A DNA stretch of 64,000 nucleotides from contig CM082578.2 in assembly GCA_040954595.2 (NCBI GenBank), positions 10,919,166 to 10,983,165 of the forward strand, in the 5' to 3' direction. The number at the start of each line of letters is the position of its first letter. Position 1 is the stretch's first letter. The stretch comes from Balanoglossus misakiensis. Lineage: Eukaryota; Animalia; Hemichordata. This document shows positions 1-15,000 of this stretch, in pieces. The position numbers and the translations under genes are program-made. The notes beneath the pieces were generated by a model. The model was given only the letters and a program-made list of their open reading frames with translations, was not told where the DNA came from and ran no database searches.

Positions 1-3000
1 ACAATCACTACGCAAAACGCTATCAGCGCCTTTTAAATTTCAACTGTCACACAAACCACAACCAATTTTCTCACTCCTAGAAACACATATTCCTTCTCTA
101 TTTTCTTTTTACAAAACGGCCAATCAGTATCAGGGGTGGAAAATATCTGAGAAAATTTGTTTAAATATATGAACAAACTTTTTAGTGGCAAATTGATTTA
201 CCCAAGCTATTGCTATGAAAAACTGTATCATATATTTGATGCTGAAAAAATCATCAGTACAGCAATAAACTTTAAGGAACCTGAGAAAAAATCCTTCTTG
301 TGTATACGATTCATGAAGGCTTTACACATCTTCTTCTAAACAAAAAGCTGGACATGTAGAACCCTTTCCTCTATTGATACCAGAATTAATCCTCGCAAAA
401 CTGTTCACAATTACTATCGGAATCTTACTTATGAAAATACCTCTGTCGATAAAAAATTTCAAACTTACATATTCGACTATAAATAATTGGAAAAATAATA
501 TAAAAAGAATAACTGTGGATAATCTTTCAAGCCAGGAGTGAAATGGATACACCTGGAGTCAAATATGAGCTGGGCAAAAGATGCCGTCTTCTCAGCGACC
601 CAGATGGCGCGGCAAATGCGAAATGAAACATAATAATGACTACAATATTCTCAAATATTTCCATGTGAGAGACGGGCTAGGGCTGTCAGCTGAGGATGTC
701 CAGGGAGAACTAATTATTTCACACGGGCCGTCTCCAAGCAGGACACAGTTTCACTGTTACAAGCTGCGAGTCAATTAAAACGGCTCAGGGTCAGCAGAGC
801 TGAATGCCGCAGCTTTCTTAACTGTTTCACCCGGGCTTTTTCACAAAACATCCCACCGCTGGAAATTCTTTGTCGACTGGCGCAGTCTGTTGTTGCCAGC
901 GGGCGAAGGCATACCAGCACAGTAGCACAAAAGTGCGAAGTAGTTTCTCTCAGTCGAAATCTTGATTTTTTTTTACTTCCATTCTGATGTCTGTACGTCT
1001 GATGAATGTTTTTTCAAGGCATCAAAACATAATCCCATTGACGTGTACAAGTTTCTTTACGGCCGCTTCTCGCATCTTCCAGTCGCTCGTCCCTTTTAAC
1101 GGGTCAAAGGTCGGCTATTTTAAGAGTGCGAAAACTTTAAAGCCAGCAGCATGTTCTGCGTTGCTGACAAGTCTCGGGTTTAACTTTCTGGTCCGCTGGG
1201 AGATCGGCATTTCTGCTAAATACTGCGTGTCTCCGCCCATCCAAACACCAGCAACGCAGCAGCGTACACACACACACAGGACAGCTATGCCAGGCTGGCC
1301 GAGTCAACCAGCCGAGACCATTATCATTATCATTTAACCATTCCAATACCCATGTATAAGTACAATCTTCATGTTCAATCTCACAGTGAAAGGCACACAT
1401 GTTTTTCTCGCTCTCGTGTTCTTCATTACGGGAAGCGTTGTCATGTCTACAACCAATGCACCAATCAGTAATTTATCTGAGGCACAGAGCGAACATACTC
1501 ACAACAGACCGGATAACACATTTTAGTTTTCAGTAGCATTGAGCAACGAAGGTAGAAACTGACTTTCCTGGCAAAGGGAAAATGACAGACAGATTATCCC
1601 ACAGAAAAAATGTTTTCCATGAGATATAAGCCGCTTTTCTCAAAATGACAAATTTCATTAGTCTGATAAGCATCTGACATGATGCAATCTGGACATGATG
1701 AGCTTGTTTCAAATCCGACAGACAGAAAAAAAGTAAAATGCCTGCTTCCTTGCGGTTGCTGATAGAGATATGAAAACGAGTACCAGGTGTACTGCAGGCA
1801 ACTCAAATAATAAAGACAATTTGTGCACTGCAGAGAGGAGGTAACCTCTCCATGGAATTTACAGACTCTTTTGGGCACTCGGCAGAATTCTTGTCAAGTC
1901 TTATTTGATTTGCTTGCTTGCGTTGGCTGGCTAGGAACAGATACATCCTCTTGGAACTGACAGCAGTTCCTGGGCACAGCTGTACACAGATAAACCACCC
2001 TATACCAACCAGCCAAAGCTGATGGTGTTGTCGCATCCGCAAAGCCATTACGCCTCCGAGCCTCTGGAGGACACATTTCCTGAATCCAAACCACCGAAAG
2101 ATATTGGACAAGCTTTGTTGGGACAACGACACAATCTATTTACATCCCTTGGTCATTTCACTTTCACATGGGAAATAACGCGATGTTCTGGCAAATGAAA
2201 ACACGCCCAATCCCTGGTTGTTCGAGCTCTCAGAGGAGCAAACTGAGACACCTGTCCTGAACAAAATCATGTTTAAAATACAGTACACAGTTTAGAACCA
2301 TAACTTTCCAACTGGGTCAGTTCTGGACCACTCCAGGGTTAACAAATTTATCATCTCATGGTCATATCTCATTAGCATACAAACGCACTACACACAACAG
2401 CCTAGGCTATATCAGGCTACATAACCCATGGTACAAAACTACACAAAAATTGAAGTGCTTCAGCTATCAATGAGCCAGCACATGGATAGCCCAGTATAAG
2501 CTTCTTGGAATAGAACACTTGTCAGATGAGCTGTACTGAGTCTGTACATGTACATGTACATATTCCCCCTAAAAGGTCACAAATGTTGTTTTGCTGCCAA
2601 CCTCTCAATTAGACGAACAGAACCACTGACGATTCGTGCCGATAAGTATTCAGGACGTGGGTGAACTACAATGTTCATTTATGCTGCTGTGACTCCCCAG
2701 GCACTGTTGCAGTGAGAGTAAAGAAAGGATTACCAAGAAGAAGACGGTACACTGACCAGAGATCTCTACTTGAAATGGGCCTGCAGTTATGCATGCAAAT
2801 GCCATGCCAAAACTCAGAACTCATACTTTTTTAAATTGCACTGCTACCGGTATATACTTCAGGGCAGTGGATACTTCAGTCAGAAAGTTTTGCATTTAAA
2901 ATACACAACTACTTCTCAAGAGAAGCTGGAATCTCTGGAACCTCGCACCTCTAGGGTGTATGTACAGATGCAGCCAAGGTAAATTGGTCAAACGAGAGTA

Positions 3001-6000
3001 AAAAATACAGGAGTGACCGATCTCTCTCTAACAAAGGGCTGGGCAATTGGGGTCTGCCGACTGGCCAGACCCAGATTCAATTGGACTGATTTCTCACTGG
3101 AAAGCAAGACAACAGCTCCCTATCAATGGCCCTTGGTGTGTGCTTTGTATTCAAGGTCCTTGGATTCCATAAAGCCTTGGTATGACCCCTGACCCTGGAA
3201 CAACAACTGAATGCTGTCTGACACTTGGAGGAGAACAACGAATGGAGTATTTTTAGATACTGCTAGAGTAACCACTCGACATATGCTTTGTTTTAGCCTT
3301 TTTTTTTTAAAAAACATTATACAATTATTTCCCACAGACAGACAATCTTCTGTCAATCAGAAAACTGTTCTGAAACCTTGAAATTTATTTGGATTGTGTG
3401 TGGGTCATTCAGGAAACTGAAAAGTCTTTTGCAAGTAAAATATAGTGTCTCTGATTTCTATTACACTTCTATGGAGCACAGAATGCCCCCAACGACATGC
3501 ACACACAGCGCTGAGCAGGGTTACAAAGTACATAAAGCCACCATAGTACTGAAAGTGGGTTTTTTAAAGCGAGGACACATCTTAAATTCAGAGCATGTGT
3601 CAAGCGTCTTGTCTGGATTAAAAACAAAGGAAATAAACAGGATCAGATGCAGTGTAGCTTAAATCACACCAAAAAAGTCCACCTGATCATACTGTCAGAA
3701 ATGTGTATTTCAAGATGAAGTTTAATCAACCGTGAGCTGAGCTTTAAGTTTCACAGTCTGTGAAAGATACATGTGAGCATGCGTTCAGTATGTGTGTGAA
3801 AGAAACTTTTCAGCCAAACAAAAATTTTAATTCTGCTCATGACAAAATGTTTTTTTATCAAATCACATCTAATACATTGGTTCTCAATGGCTTGATACAG
3901 TATAATCTTGTTGTTTGCAAAGCATTCTGGGATTAGAAGTCTCAGGCGGCCATTTTGATTTTTTTTCCACCCTTTTTGAACGCAAATGTAGCAGAAACGG
4001 TGGGATTGAATTAACGACCAGCTTAAGGGGGGAAACAAAATCTTCACGAGTGCCATTTTGTTCTCTGCAAAAAGGACTGTAATTAATATTGACAAAAAAT
4101 ATTTCCTATTATTGGTAATTTTACTGTGGATTTCCTGTATCAATATCCAAAGTGAAAATACCATTACCAGATATATAACAATGTAAATAAAAAATCACTT
4201 TAATTGCAATATGGACAATTTTCTGAACAAATACAAAATATTGATTTTTTTTACTCCCCACCGAATATCTTCAAAGTTGATGCTTGAATTTTCAAAACAA
4301 GGACGCATTGAGTCGCAACGTGCAGGAAGATTTCATGTTGTGTGTGTAAAATATATATTTTCTTGTAAAACAGACAAATAGGAAAATATGTACCTTGCTA
4401 AGGAAGTGCCATTATTAAGTCAAACAATGAATTGAAAGAGTGTGCAGCACAATAAAAGCAATCACAGTCTACGCACGACCGCTGCGGGTGTGTTTGCTTC
4501 CATCAAGCTTAATCTATTGCTATGACTCACCCACAACAATGACCTTGCGAATTACATTAATTTCCACTTTTAGTGAATAGCCAATTCTCAGCCATCGGCA
4601 TGCGCACACAGAACAGGAACAAACTAACGTACTGTATAATGCAGAGACATTGAAGTCACAAACTGAAAGGCAGCCATTTTGTTCTCCAAAAGCACATCCA
4701 GTTCTTTTTACATTCACTGTTTCAACCCTTCTTCTGTCAGAGTAGCGAGTGTCCACACAAAACTTGAAAAAAAACATGTTATTAAACATTGCTGTTGGTT
4801 TAATTGCAGCTCGTTGCTTGCAAATGCCATCTTTTTTTATGACACAGAAGATGGACTTATTTTTAAGTCAAACATGCATGGACAGTGTTGTCAATTGCCG
4901 GGCTGACCTTGTTGGCCCTAATCACATGTGTATCCCTAAGAATTCCGGGAAAGTGAACCGTACATGGAGGAGTCAGCCATTTTGGAGAATAAAATCAAAT
5001 TTTTATATACCTCCAGTGAAACAGTTCGGGGGATGGAGAAAAATGACGATACTATGAATTAAGTCCTGTTCTATAATTCATTTTTATCATGAAATTAAAG
5101 TTAGTCCGGAATGGAGCCTTGAATTTTTACTGAAGGTTACACGAAATCCTCACGGCAAATGGACGATCCAACAGTTCTAGCCAGTGGCCATGACGACATG
5201 AGTCAGAGGCAAACCCCGTACACACACGCTAATAAAGATTTCAGATACTCTGATTGAAAGCAGTCCACACAATTCCATTGTAATCCGGAACAGACAGTGA
5301 TAGTAACCTGATCTACTTCATCAATGGAGTCTCCAAATTGCTGTAATCCCATTCCGACATTGTTTTCACAGCCTTGATCCCATAATGACATTAAAAACAC
5401 AGCGGTCTGGCAGTAAATGAAAATGCTGCACTCTTCAACACAAACATTCTGTTATTCCGGCAACTGCAGTATAAAGGAACTGTTTTATTGAAAAATTTAT
5501 CGTAAACTACATGTATCACTCTGGCACCTTCTCTGACCATGACCGACTATCATCCCTTGACTTGGATTTCAAGTTCAAAAATGCACTTTCTTGGTCTGAA
5601 AGACTAGAAGTTTTTTTAATAGTGAGGAAAACAAAATGGATATACATCAAGCAAATATTCATTCTCTTCCAGTGTGTGCAATTATTGTAATGTGAGTCAC
5701 TGAGAACAAACACTAAACAGTAGCATGGACAGAAACGCTCCAGGGGTCGGTCTCACTGGTCTCACAGACTGAGAGTGGCCTGGCAGACTCCACTTGGGGT
5801 GAACCCACTGTTCTGCTACAGACTGAAGTGCTCCTTGTTAAAGACCCAGGTAATCAGGTCAGGTAGTTGTCTGACCAACAAGTGCTGACCAACCAAGAGA
5901 GTCAGAGAGAGAGAGGGGGGGGGGGGGGGGGGGGACGTTGGATTTATGTGGCTGGATGTTCTGATGATGATAGTTGGTGTCTTCCTAGTCTTCCCAACAC

Positions 6001-9000
6001 AAATGGCCACTGCATGTACAGTACAGTGCAGTACAGATCAAGCGTTCCTTCCCAGCTTGCCATGACTGTCTTGGGCTAGCCCGGGGCCAACCCAGTTTGA
6101 GACTCAGCTCCACATATGCCACAGGCAAAAGCGTACCCCGGCAGCAAACAGATACCTCACTCTCCGAAGACATGATAGCCAAGTGATATGGAAAAAGATA
6201 GATACCTGATACGAAGGATGTTGAGTTCATTAGAGGATCAACTGTAAAACCCCACTATTAAAAACCCAGTCAAAATAAACAACCCACAGAAGGTCAAGTG
6301 TAAAGGGCACCATCCACAAGACCCGATGGCTTCACCGATAAGGCACCACGGTCAACAATCTACAGAAAGAATTCTTTGGCCGTGACTGAAATCATATCAC
6401 AACGTGATAAGGCCGAGATTCTGCGCTATGCCCACACCCTGCAGTTGAACAAACAAGACAACTCTCTGTTGATTGCCTGCACTTCGGGGTATGCACACTT
6501 GAGAAGTTTAATTTTTTTTGGTCAGCAAAAATATGCCACTTACTGAACCCACTTTGTTTATACAACATGTCCAGTTCTCTCAGAACAAACTGCTGGATGT
6601 GGTATTGAAATGCAATGCTTCAATATAGGTCAATTCTGTTTTGATTCCTGCAAAGCTGCTGGTTTTTTGGACACTCTTCGGCGGACCTATTTCTTCGACA
6701 AGGATAAATGTAAAATTGATTTTCTAAAGTGCAGAATGCAGCAAAGTCGTCAAATAAGGTAGATTACAGTAAGTATCCCAGCTCACTCGGCGACTTGCAT
6801 CCAGTACAGTGAAACTCTGCAAAGTCTAAGGAATAGCAACCGCTGTCAAAAAATAAGCGATGATGCTCTTTGAAAGAGGACAGTTCAGCGTGCATGGAGA
6901 AGCCATTGGCTCCAAATTGAGATCAGAATGTCCACACAAGTGCACACTAATGACAGATCAGCCCTCTTGAGAAAGTCTCCATAGGAAAAAGCATGCCATT
7001 TACGTGACAGGCCAACACAATACATTTTTTTTATTTTCCGACAGATGAAAAGCGAGAGCGGAGGATGTGAACCTTTTCAATGTCGCCATGGCGACAGAGT
7101 CGGATAACCTTCCAGCCTGAAAAGGCGCTGATATCACAAGTCCTGTCACTTAATCATGGCAACAGATCATTCTGAGCATGGCAAAACATGTGGGGGGGGG
7201 GGGATTTCTAAACTGGAGAAATCTCATCCTTTCTATAATGCGACATCATGTACGAAGGCAAAAAAAACAAAACTTAGAGATATGCCATCTCCCTCGGGGC
7301 AGTACAATAAAGCTGGGGACTAATAAAGCATCTTCGAGATCTCAAGAAGAAGGGATTGCTCAAAATCATGATTTGAAATGATGGCTTATCAAAACTGCCA
7401 CTATCTACCCTTCTCCCTTCTGGCTACAGTTGCAGTTTACATACAGTTATGATTTTTCTGCCGTGATGTACATGTACCATCCAAAACGTGACAGCCAGTG
7501 GGGAGCTGGGCAGTCTCAGCTTCACATATTGATTTTTCAATGTGGCTCTGCTCAGTTCATTCAGAAACATGGCAGTCGTGATGGTCAAGTCCCACTTTTT
7601 ATCAATCATATTCCATCAGATCTACTTGAAAATGAATTATTCACAAGAAACTGAATTTCTATCATTCATGTTGTACACACTGTTAAGAAGAAGATTTTAA
7701 GCCGAGAGGAATCTTCTGAAAAAAAGGAAAACTGTGCACTGCCTTTAAAATATGTTTTAAACACTGAAAATAGATCAGACATAATGCCAGACACTGAGAC
7801 AGCAAAATTAAATGGAGTGATATGCAAGCAAAAGTATACAAAGCCAATCACTTGCCTTACGTAACCGCTAAATTTCACAAATATACTCTACTAGTAATTT
7901 CAGTCAACTATGTATTTTATGAGCAAGGGATGGCTATAACCCTGGTTTGAATCCAGGTTGTATTTGTGAATAGGAGAAATGGGGCCACTCAGAGTGAAAT
8001 CCTACCTCCTAGCAGTAATTGCTATTTTTTTATTACATGTAAGTCCCCGTCTTTATGTTCAGTTTAAATCTGACATGTGTCACGGCATTAGAGACTGTAT
8101 CTTTAATGGTGGAACTCCAAGTGATATGTCTATGGGTGAGAATTTCAGTTGGCGAAACAGATGCAGAGATGAGAGGGCTGAAAAATATCACCACAACAAG
8201 CTTGAATTGAAATATGCATTTTCAGAAACACAAAAAATCATGATAAAATAAAACAAATAATGCTGTGTCTATCCTCGCAAATTTGACAAATAATGCTGAA
8301 ATTTTTACATCTGACGAAAACTGAACGGCATTTGTTCGTTTTTATTTCTTGATCGGATAATGTAAGGACAGATCTCTGGCAGTGAAATTGAGACCGTGTT
8401 GTAGTAAAACAAAGGTCACTCAATAGTGACTGGGGTTTTACGGAAGCCATCAGCGAGTGACATATTTCAATGCGCCGAGATTAATGACTGCTTACTTACG
8501 ATAAAAGTCTACCGATTGAACCTCAACACGATATAGACTACTCCGGTTATCAGTTTTTTTTTCGAGAACAGACAAGCAAACAAAATTGACAGCCGCGAAA
8601 TTTCTAATTCACTGTCGCATGTTAGCGATACTGCAGTGATAAATAAAATGACACAAAAATGCTGCATATATGGCATATTCGGAGGAAGGGTCTGCATTTT
8701 CATGTTTTCTGCAGTTCACAGGCTGCAAATTCTCGTCGTATTTGTCATAGTCATCTTATTTCCACCGGACAAATTAAAGCATCAGCAGAAATGAATCACG
8801 ATGCCTCATTTTATTTCACCGAGCGCGAAGGACAGTTCTCCCCGATTCACGTTTTTTTGATTGGCCTAGTCCTTTCAACACTTCAAGATTCACAGAAAAC
8901 GCACCAAGACGTACTGGTGCCTGAAATGCTGGCCCCATTCATTCATTCATTCAAAAACAAATTAGAGGCCAAGAAATCTGCAGATAAAGCTGTGCTACAT

Positions 9001-12000
9001 CTCTTTCTTTGGGTGCCAGGAAACGAGATGAAGACCTATTTGGGAGGAAAGAAATCACATAATGACATAATGAAAAAGCGCAGGGGACTCTGTGTAGGGC
9101 AGTTGCCTTGGCACGCAACATGACCAATTGAAGGAACTACATCAACCAACCGCAACATTCAGCTAAAACGAGACAGGATTTACTTCATGTTAATACTGTA
9201 CACCTGCCGTGCTTTCAATGCTTCAGTAAGCGGCAAGAAAAAAAGAGAAAACTCACCATACTATAAAATACAAACTAAATTTTAATAGTGATGATTCTTC
9301 ACTGTTCAGAGATAAAATTTCTTTGTTTTCAGTGGGAAAACCTGGAAAATTCTATGATTTTCGTCATCCTAATTTGGTTGCTAAGGTTACAGAAAACTGA
9401 GGCACCTATATTTACATTTGAAATGACTCAGATTTTAATAATGCGTTACTTGTGTGTCAACTGCTCTAACCTTCCTGTCAAAATAAGAACTACAGTTCCC
9501 TCCTCAACTGATTTTTTTCCAATGTTTTTTTCACCTAATAATTATTGGAACAGACTGAACCCTTAAAGCTGTCATCGCGAAAAATATATAGATCTTAATC
9601 TGTACGCACTCCGTTCCACGTACCCTTCACCCCCTATTTTATGAGTACTTGGGTCCATCTGTGCCCACTGAGAACAGTCGGGTTAAACCAAGTCAGGTGG
9701 TTAAGGTAGTACGAGGATTTCAGATGGCACATGTACATTTCGACAGATGATGACTGCTTTAATAACTACAGAATATGTTCAGTTCCTCAAAAAAGGGAGA
9801 TTTTGTCTGAATTGCTGCAAACTTGATCAGGCCACTGTCAAAACAGATAAAACAAAATCATCCCAGGTTTTTTCTCCAGCTGTTTTTATCCATTACCGTA
9901 ATCATGGCAATTCCGCGAAAGGTCCATTAACTTAAAGGCAACCATATGCAATCAGAATACCAAAACAGGGAGAAGACGAATATATTCTTGTGCATAATAT
10001 GCCCATCACTGTAAAAATGACCATGCTGTTTTTCAATAATTTGAAAAGATTTTATTCCAATCAAGAAGGCGACAATCACCATTTGAGAACAAATGCTGCG
10101 AAAACGAAGTCATTACTGGCCATGAATTTGACAAAGTATGACACCACTGACAATATCGATCTCTCGTTTATACATCGGATTTGCATGCGGCAACCTGAAA
10201 GACAACCCTTGTCTTAGACACAGACTCCGATTTAATATAAAGCCCTCGCTGCATTGTTCAGGAACGGTCATGAAAGGAATAAATACAGTAGACTTTTTTT
10301 AATTTGGCTGGAATTAATAGTAGATTAGTTTCAAATTATTCCTCTGTCATTTTATTCCCTGGTGAGGTTAATACCCAATAACACTGACAAATTGGTTTTC
10401 CTTATTACAGTGAATTTCACTGCTATCAACAGCAATACAGTATATGCAATAAATGCTACGTTTTCTGAAAAACAGGTAATAAAAATCGGTGGTTAATAGT
10501 TTTGTGCATTGCTTAATCTGAGCCACTGACAATAACAAAAATGCAACCAAAATACATGTACTGGTACACCACCACCAATTTTACAAACATAACACTATCA
10601 CACTTTCCATTTTTATCAGCCAACCGCATTACGTCAAAATTTCATCACTGTAATTTTCAATACCACAAAAGCGTGATTCCAGTACCGCATGTTTCGCAGT
10701 TTCGAAGGACTGGAATCACCACTGAATTTATCGTCTCGAGTTCCAACCTCCACAATCGAACATAAATATTTGCAAATCCAAACTATTTATCATTGAGTAC
10801 CGCTGGAGTCCTCTCGATATGGCTTATGGGAGAAAGACACCCACACAAATTCAACTAACCTCACAAGAATTCAGCTAAATTGCTTTTTTTTTTCCTTTCT
10901 GCCGCCGTGCTCGTAACTCAAGCAGCGACTTAGAAACACAATTCATACAATTACAAGGTAGACATCGCCAGTTGCGCATACCAACCAGTCCAGGAGGGGG
11001 GGGGATATGATGCATAATACGAAAACTGGTATTTAATCAGCCATTTTGCCGCTACGTTTTGCGTATCATGCATTATGTGCATGTCACCATAATGCGATCA
11101 GTATCTTAATAGAATTATTTTGATATGTCAAATTGCAAACTCTGGGCTGTTTTGGTTGAACACTCATTCCATCCATGATTCTATTAACCTCCAGGACTGC
11201 CATTATTGAATCAGGATGCCGGGGGTAGGGAAAGGGGGGGGCTACTTTTCCTTCACTGGCTTCTCCAAGTTCAGAATTAGAATACGACAAAATGTACACA
11301 ACGGGTGTAACTCAATTTTCACATAATTTTTAATATTTCAGTTTTCTGTTATCTTACTCAGCACATCTGGTTTGACCAGTGATCGCCCTCGGGGAATGAT
11401 GAGAAAAAAAGAGATACAGCCATATTGCATTTGTTTAACGTTAAAAAACCAGTAAAGCCACTATCACCACCCTTGCCAAAAGGGGAACACCCTTTTTGAA
11501 AATCACTCTCAGTACAAAGTTTACGAGCCAACAGTTATATGGCTCAATAAATGTCTAACAGGATTTTTTTTGCAAAAAAAAAAACTTTCACAGCGCGATT
11601 TATTGGCAACGATGCTCCAAGACTTTATTTTATTGCAGCTGGCAAAATCTGCATAGCCAGACAGGCTGGTAATGGGAACATGGTACGGCCCCCTCTTTAC
11701 CAGAACGATGCTGGCTTGACTAAACACAACAAATTACATGGTGTTAAGTAACCATTAATCAAGTGTACAGCTAATTCTTTTTAGCCAAATCATAATTTTT
11801 CAAGGTAGACTTTCTGGGATTGCAGAAGACCGTGCAATCGTTTCAAAAAGGCAGGAGGCCCAGCCAAGGTTTCCGTCCAAGTGCACTGTGTTCATGTACA
11901 GTACAGACAAAAGTGTAGTGAGCGTGACTTGTGTGCGTGTGTATCCCACCGGTCAAGAGTCAATCCAGTGCAATACTCAACTACAAGTCCTTGAGAGGGC

Positions 12001-15000
12001 ATTGCCCACCCACTTTACGCTGGGTCAAACAAGAGTCTCATTTTCAAATGTCAATTTCTTTTCTATGTCGGAATTGTACAACCAACGGGCAATCCATCTT
12101 GTATCTTCACCTTGACAGTCAAAGCGTGCAGATATTGATTTCTGAGACGGGTCATGTACCGGAATTTTACACGATACCCACCCAAAGCCAAAATACTGCC
12201 AAAATACATCCAAGAAGTTAGACAGTTTCCATAAATTATGCAACTAGCGAATGAGAAATCTTGCAATTTCTTGGAATCCCTTGAAATACAACATTTTACC
12301 CAGTTTACAAAAAACTTATCTAGCTGGAATTTGTGGCGGAATATGGATCTTCTTTCCCTCACATTTCCCTGGAGTGCTCCTCTTTTCCCACTCTCTTCCC
12401 TTATGAAAGCAGTTGGCTATTACGGCGGACAAAAGGAGTGACATCGGAAAGAAAACGGGAAGAAAGAATCCCGCTAAGAGGATTAGTGCGATTTCAAAAG
12501 GGGCAGAAATTGGAGGCAGACAATTGAAGGGCAACCAAGCGCTCCAGTGGCCAATTACACGCAGGAATGCTGGATTTTCCGCAGAACGACGGCCGTGGAC
12601 GCAACTGGCTTTATCGGCCCGGCTCTGACACTATGCCTTTTGTACCGTGACCTGGGTTGGTTGTTTGAACAACTGTGTGCCCGATTACACATTTGATATT
12701 TCGCCAGTTGACACCAACTGAAATTGCCGGTGTACGCCAAACACGAGAGCTCAAGTATTTCAGCCCAACCGTAAAACACATACTGGCCTTTTTTCTCCTC
12801 AATTCTTTCCAAAGACTCGCGCGGATTCCAGACCTTGACAGTAAATCTTTTATGAATTTTCAAACACAGTCCATCAGAGCATAAAATTTCTGCATGCAAA
12901 CGCTTGCAGCCGACAATAAAATAATACAATCACATCAACACATCAATCACACGTCAGGTTTTAACGTCATGCCACAAGCGCAGCACAGAAACTTAACCAG
13001 TTTCTTTGCTGGCCTCTTCAAATTTTTTAAAGATCCGTGCCAGGGACGGAGTTTCAGTTGAGCGTCTCAGAAAAGGAATCTGTGTACTTATTACGGTTAA
13101 TCAGTAACTTTAGACTTTCATTGGGTGTGAGGTCACGACTGTCAATTTGAACACTGTTGTTGGCCGTAGGTCAACATGTGCGCTCTCTCTCTCTTCCTGC
13201 TGGAAAACAGAATTATTTGCCAAAAGTTAGATGTCACACTGCAGGTACATGTATCACGAATCTAAATAGGACAGGTTGGACTTTGTATTCATCAGAGACA
13301 AAACAGTTGGCCTCATTCACAACAAACATGAAGACGCTGTCCTTCAATATGGAACTTGCAAGCTCTCTTCAAACTAACTCAAATACATGTAAAAAGAATT
13401 CTTTGAACAAATGCGAGGGTTTTTAACAAACTGCCTTTGTCTTTCTGGTTCTCATTGATAAAACCAGGAAAGTGGGAGAAAATAATCCCAAGCAAAGTGA
13501 CCCCTACAGGCATAAAACCCAGACAAATAAACATCAAAATTCCATTTTGAACTCCGCGACAGTGGTATTTACCCTGGCCGAAAATCTCGCACAATGACCA
13601 AATACTAGTATTCTGATCGGAAGTACTTTTTCAGAGGTCGAAGTTCCGTACTGCCGCGAGGTGTGCCAGTTCAAAGTCGAAATGTAAACAAGAGGATGAA
13701 GCCATGGTTGTTTGGCAGAGCCTCCACACACCATTTGCGGCAACCTTGCAGCACCACAGCAACTACGTAACATTTACCGAGTTTCTGGGCTACCATGAAG
13801 TACCTGTTCAGCATTGTGTCTTGCCCAGGTTCTATGAAATGTGAAACAAACACCTAGACAGACATTATCAGTAAGACAACAGCAACACATCTGCACTGCA
13901 CACTTGTTGTACACTCTTTTACCAAATAAAATTAGTCTGTCAAATAAAAATGTTTATGAACGATTTTTTTATTATTTTATGTGTTAGTTAAATCTCAGTG
14001 GCGTGTGTATCACGAACAAAGCACCCCTATCCCAGCAAAGGGAATTAGCTGTGACCTTCCGACTTGAAAAATGGCAGGTGGAACTCTGTAGCCGACAGGG
14101 TGCAAGTTTAAATGGATAGTTGACATCCCTTTTCCATGTCCCAAAATAAACAGGCGAGTCGAGAAAAAAAAAGATCTGCATGATTAATTTGCAGATATGT
14201 CAAAACAAACAACTAAAGTTGTCCAACGGTCCTGTTTAATGTCACCAGCCATCTTTGTGCCAAGTTTGAATGGGGAGACGAGCCGTGTCGGGGAATGCCA
14301 AAACACGTCTTTAGAACAAAACTGACAAGTACATTTACCACGCATTCTTTTGGCAGACTCCCTCTTTTGTTTTGGCCAATGGGAAACAAAACGCCTTTTA
14401 CGTACAGTACATAAACAGTATCTGTCTATTAGTCCAGGCTTGTTTGCTCTGTTTTGACTGCAGTGTCCCAAGCAGGCTTCGGGGAGGTATAATGTACCAT
14501 GTGAATCCCTCTCCGTAAAAACAAGGTTGCCATAGAGAGTAATCATTTTCATATGAAGTAATATTTTTCTCACTGACAGATTACTGTACATGTATGTATC
14601 AGTTCACATAATTAATTTACACTGCATCATCATGACAAACACAATTGATTTCTGACAAATACTACTGTAGTAGCAGCTTTCCAAGTTGCAACACGGTGAC
14701 TAACGCTCAATCAGTCCCAATAAAACGCAAACGATTTCAGCACAAAGCAGCGTTGAATCACACCACGCCGATGATGGACAATGTCCAGTCTTTGCCTCAT
14801 CTGTACATGTACTCTACGTAAATCACGAAATTCCACAGTTTATAGATATCAGCACATTCTATCAGCCTAATGGTGACCTCTGACCTCGGAGAGAGGAAAA
14901 AAGTGACCCCCAAAGCCAGGCAGTCAATCACACGGCTAATTACCATAAACCTCTCGAATTTGCTGAAGTGGTCGAATTCTTGTCGGTTGTACCAGCATAC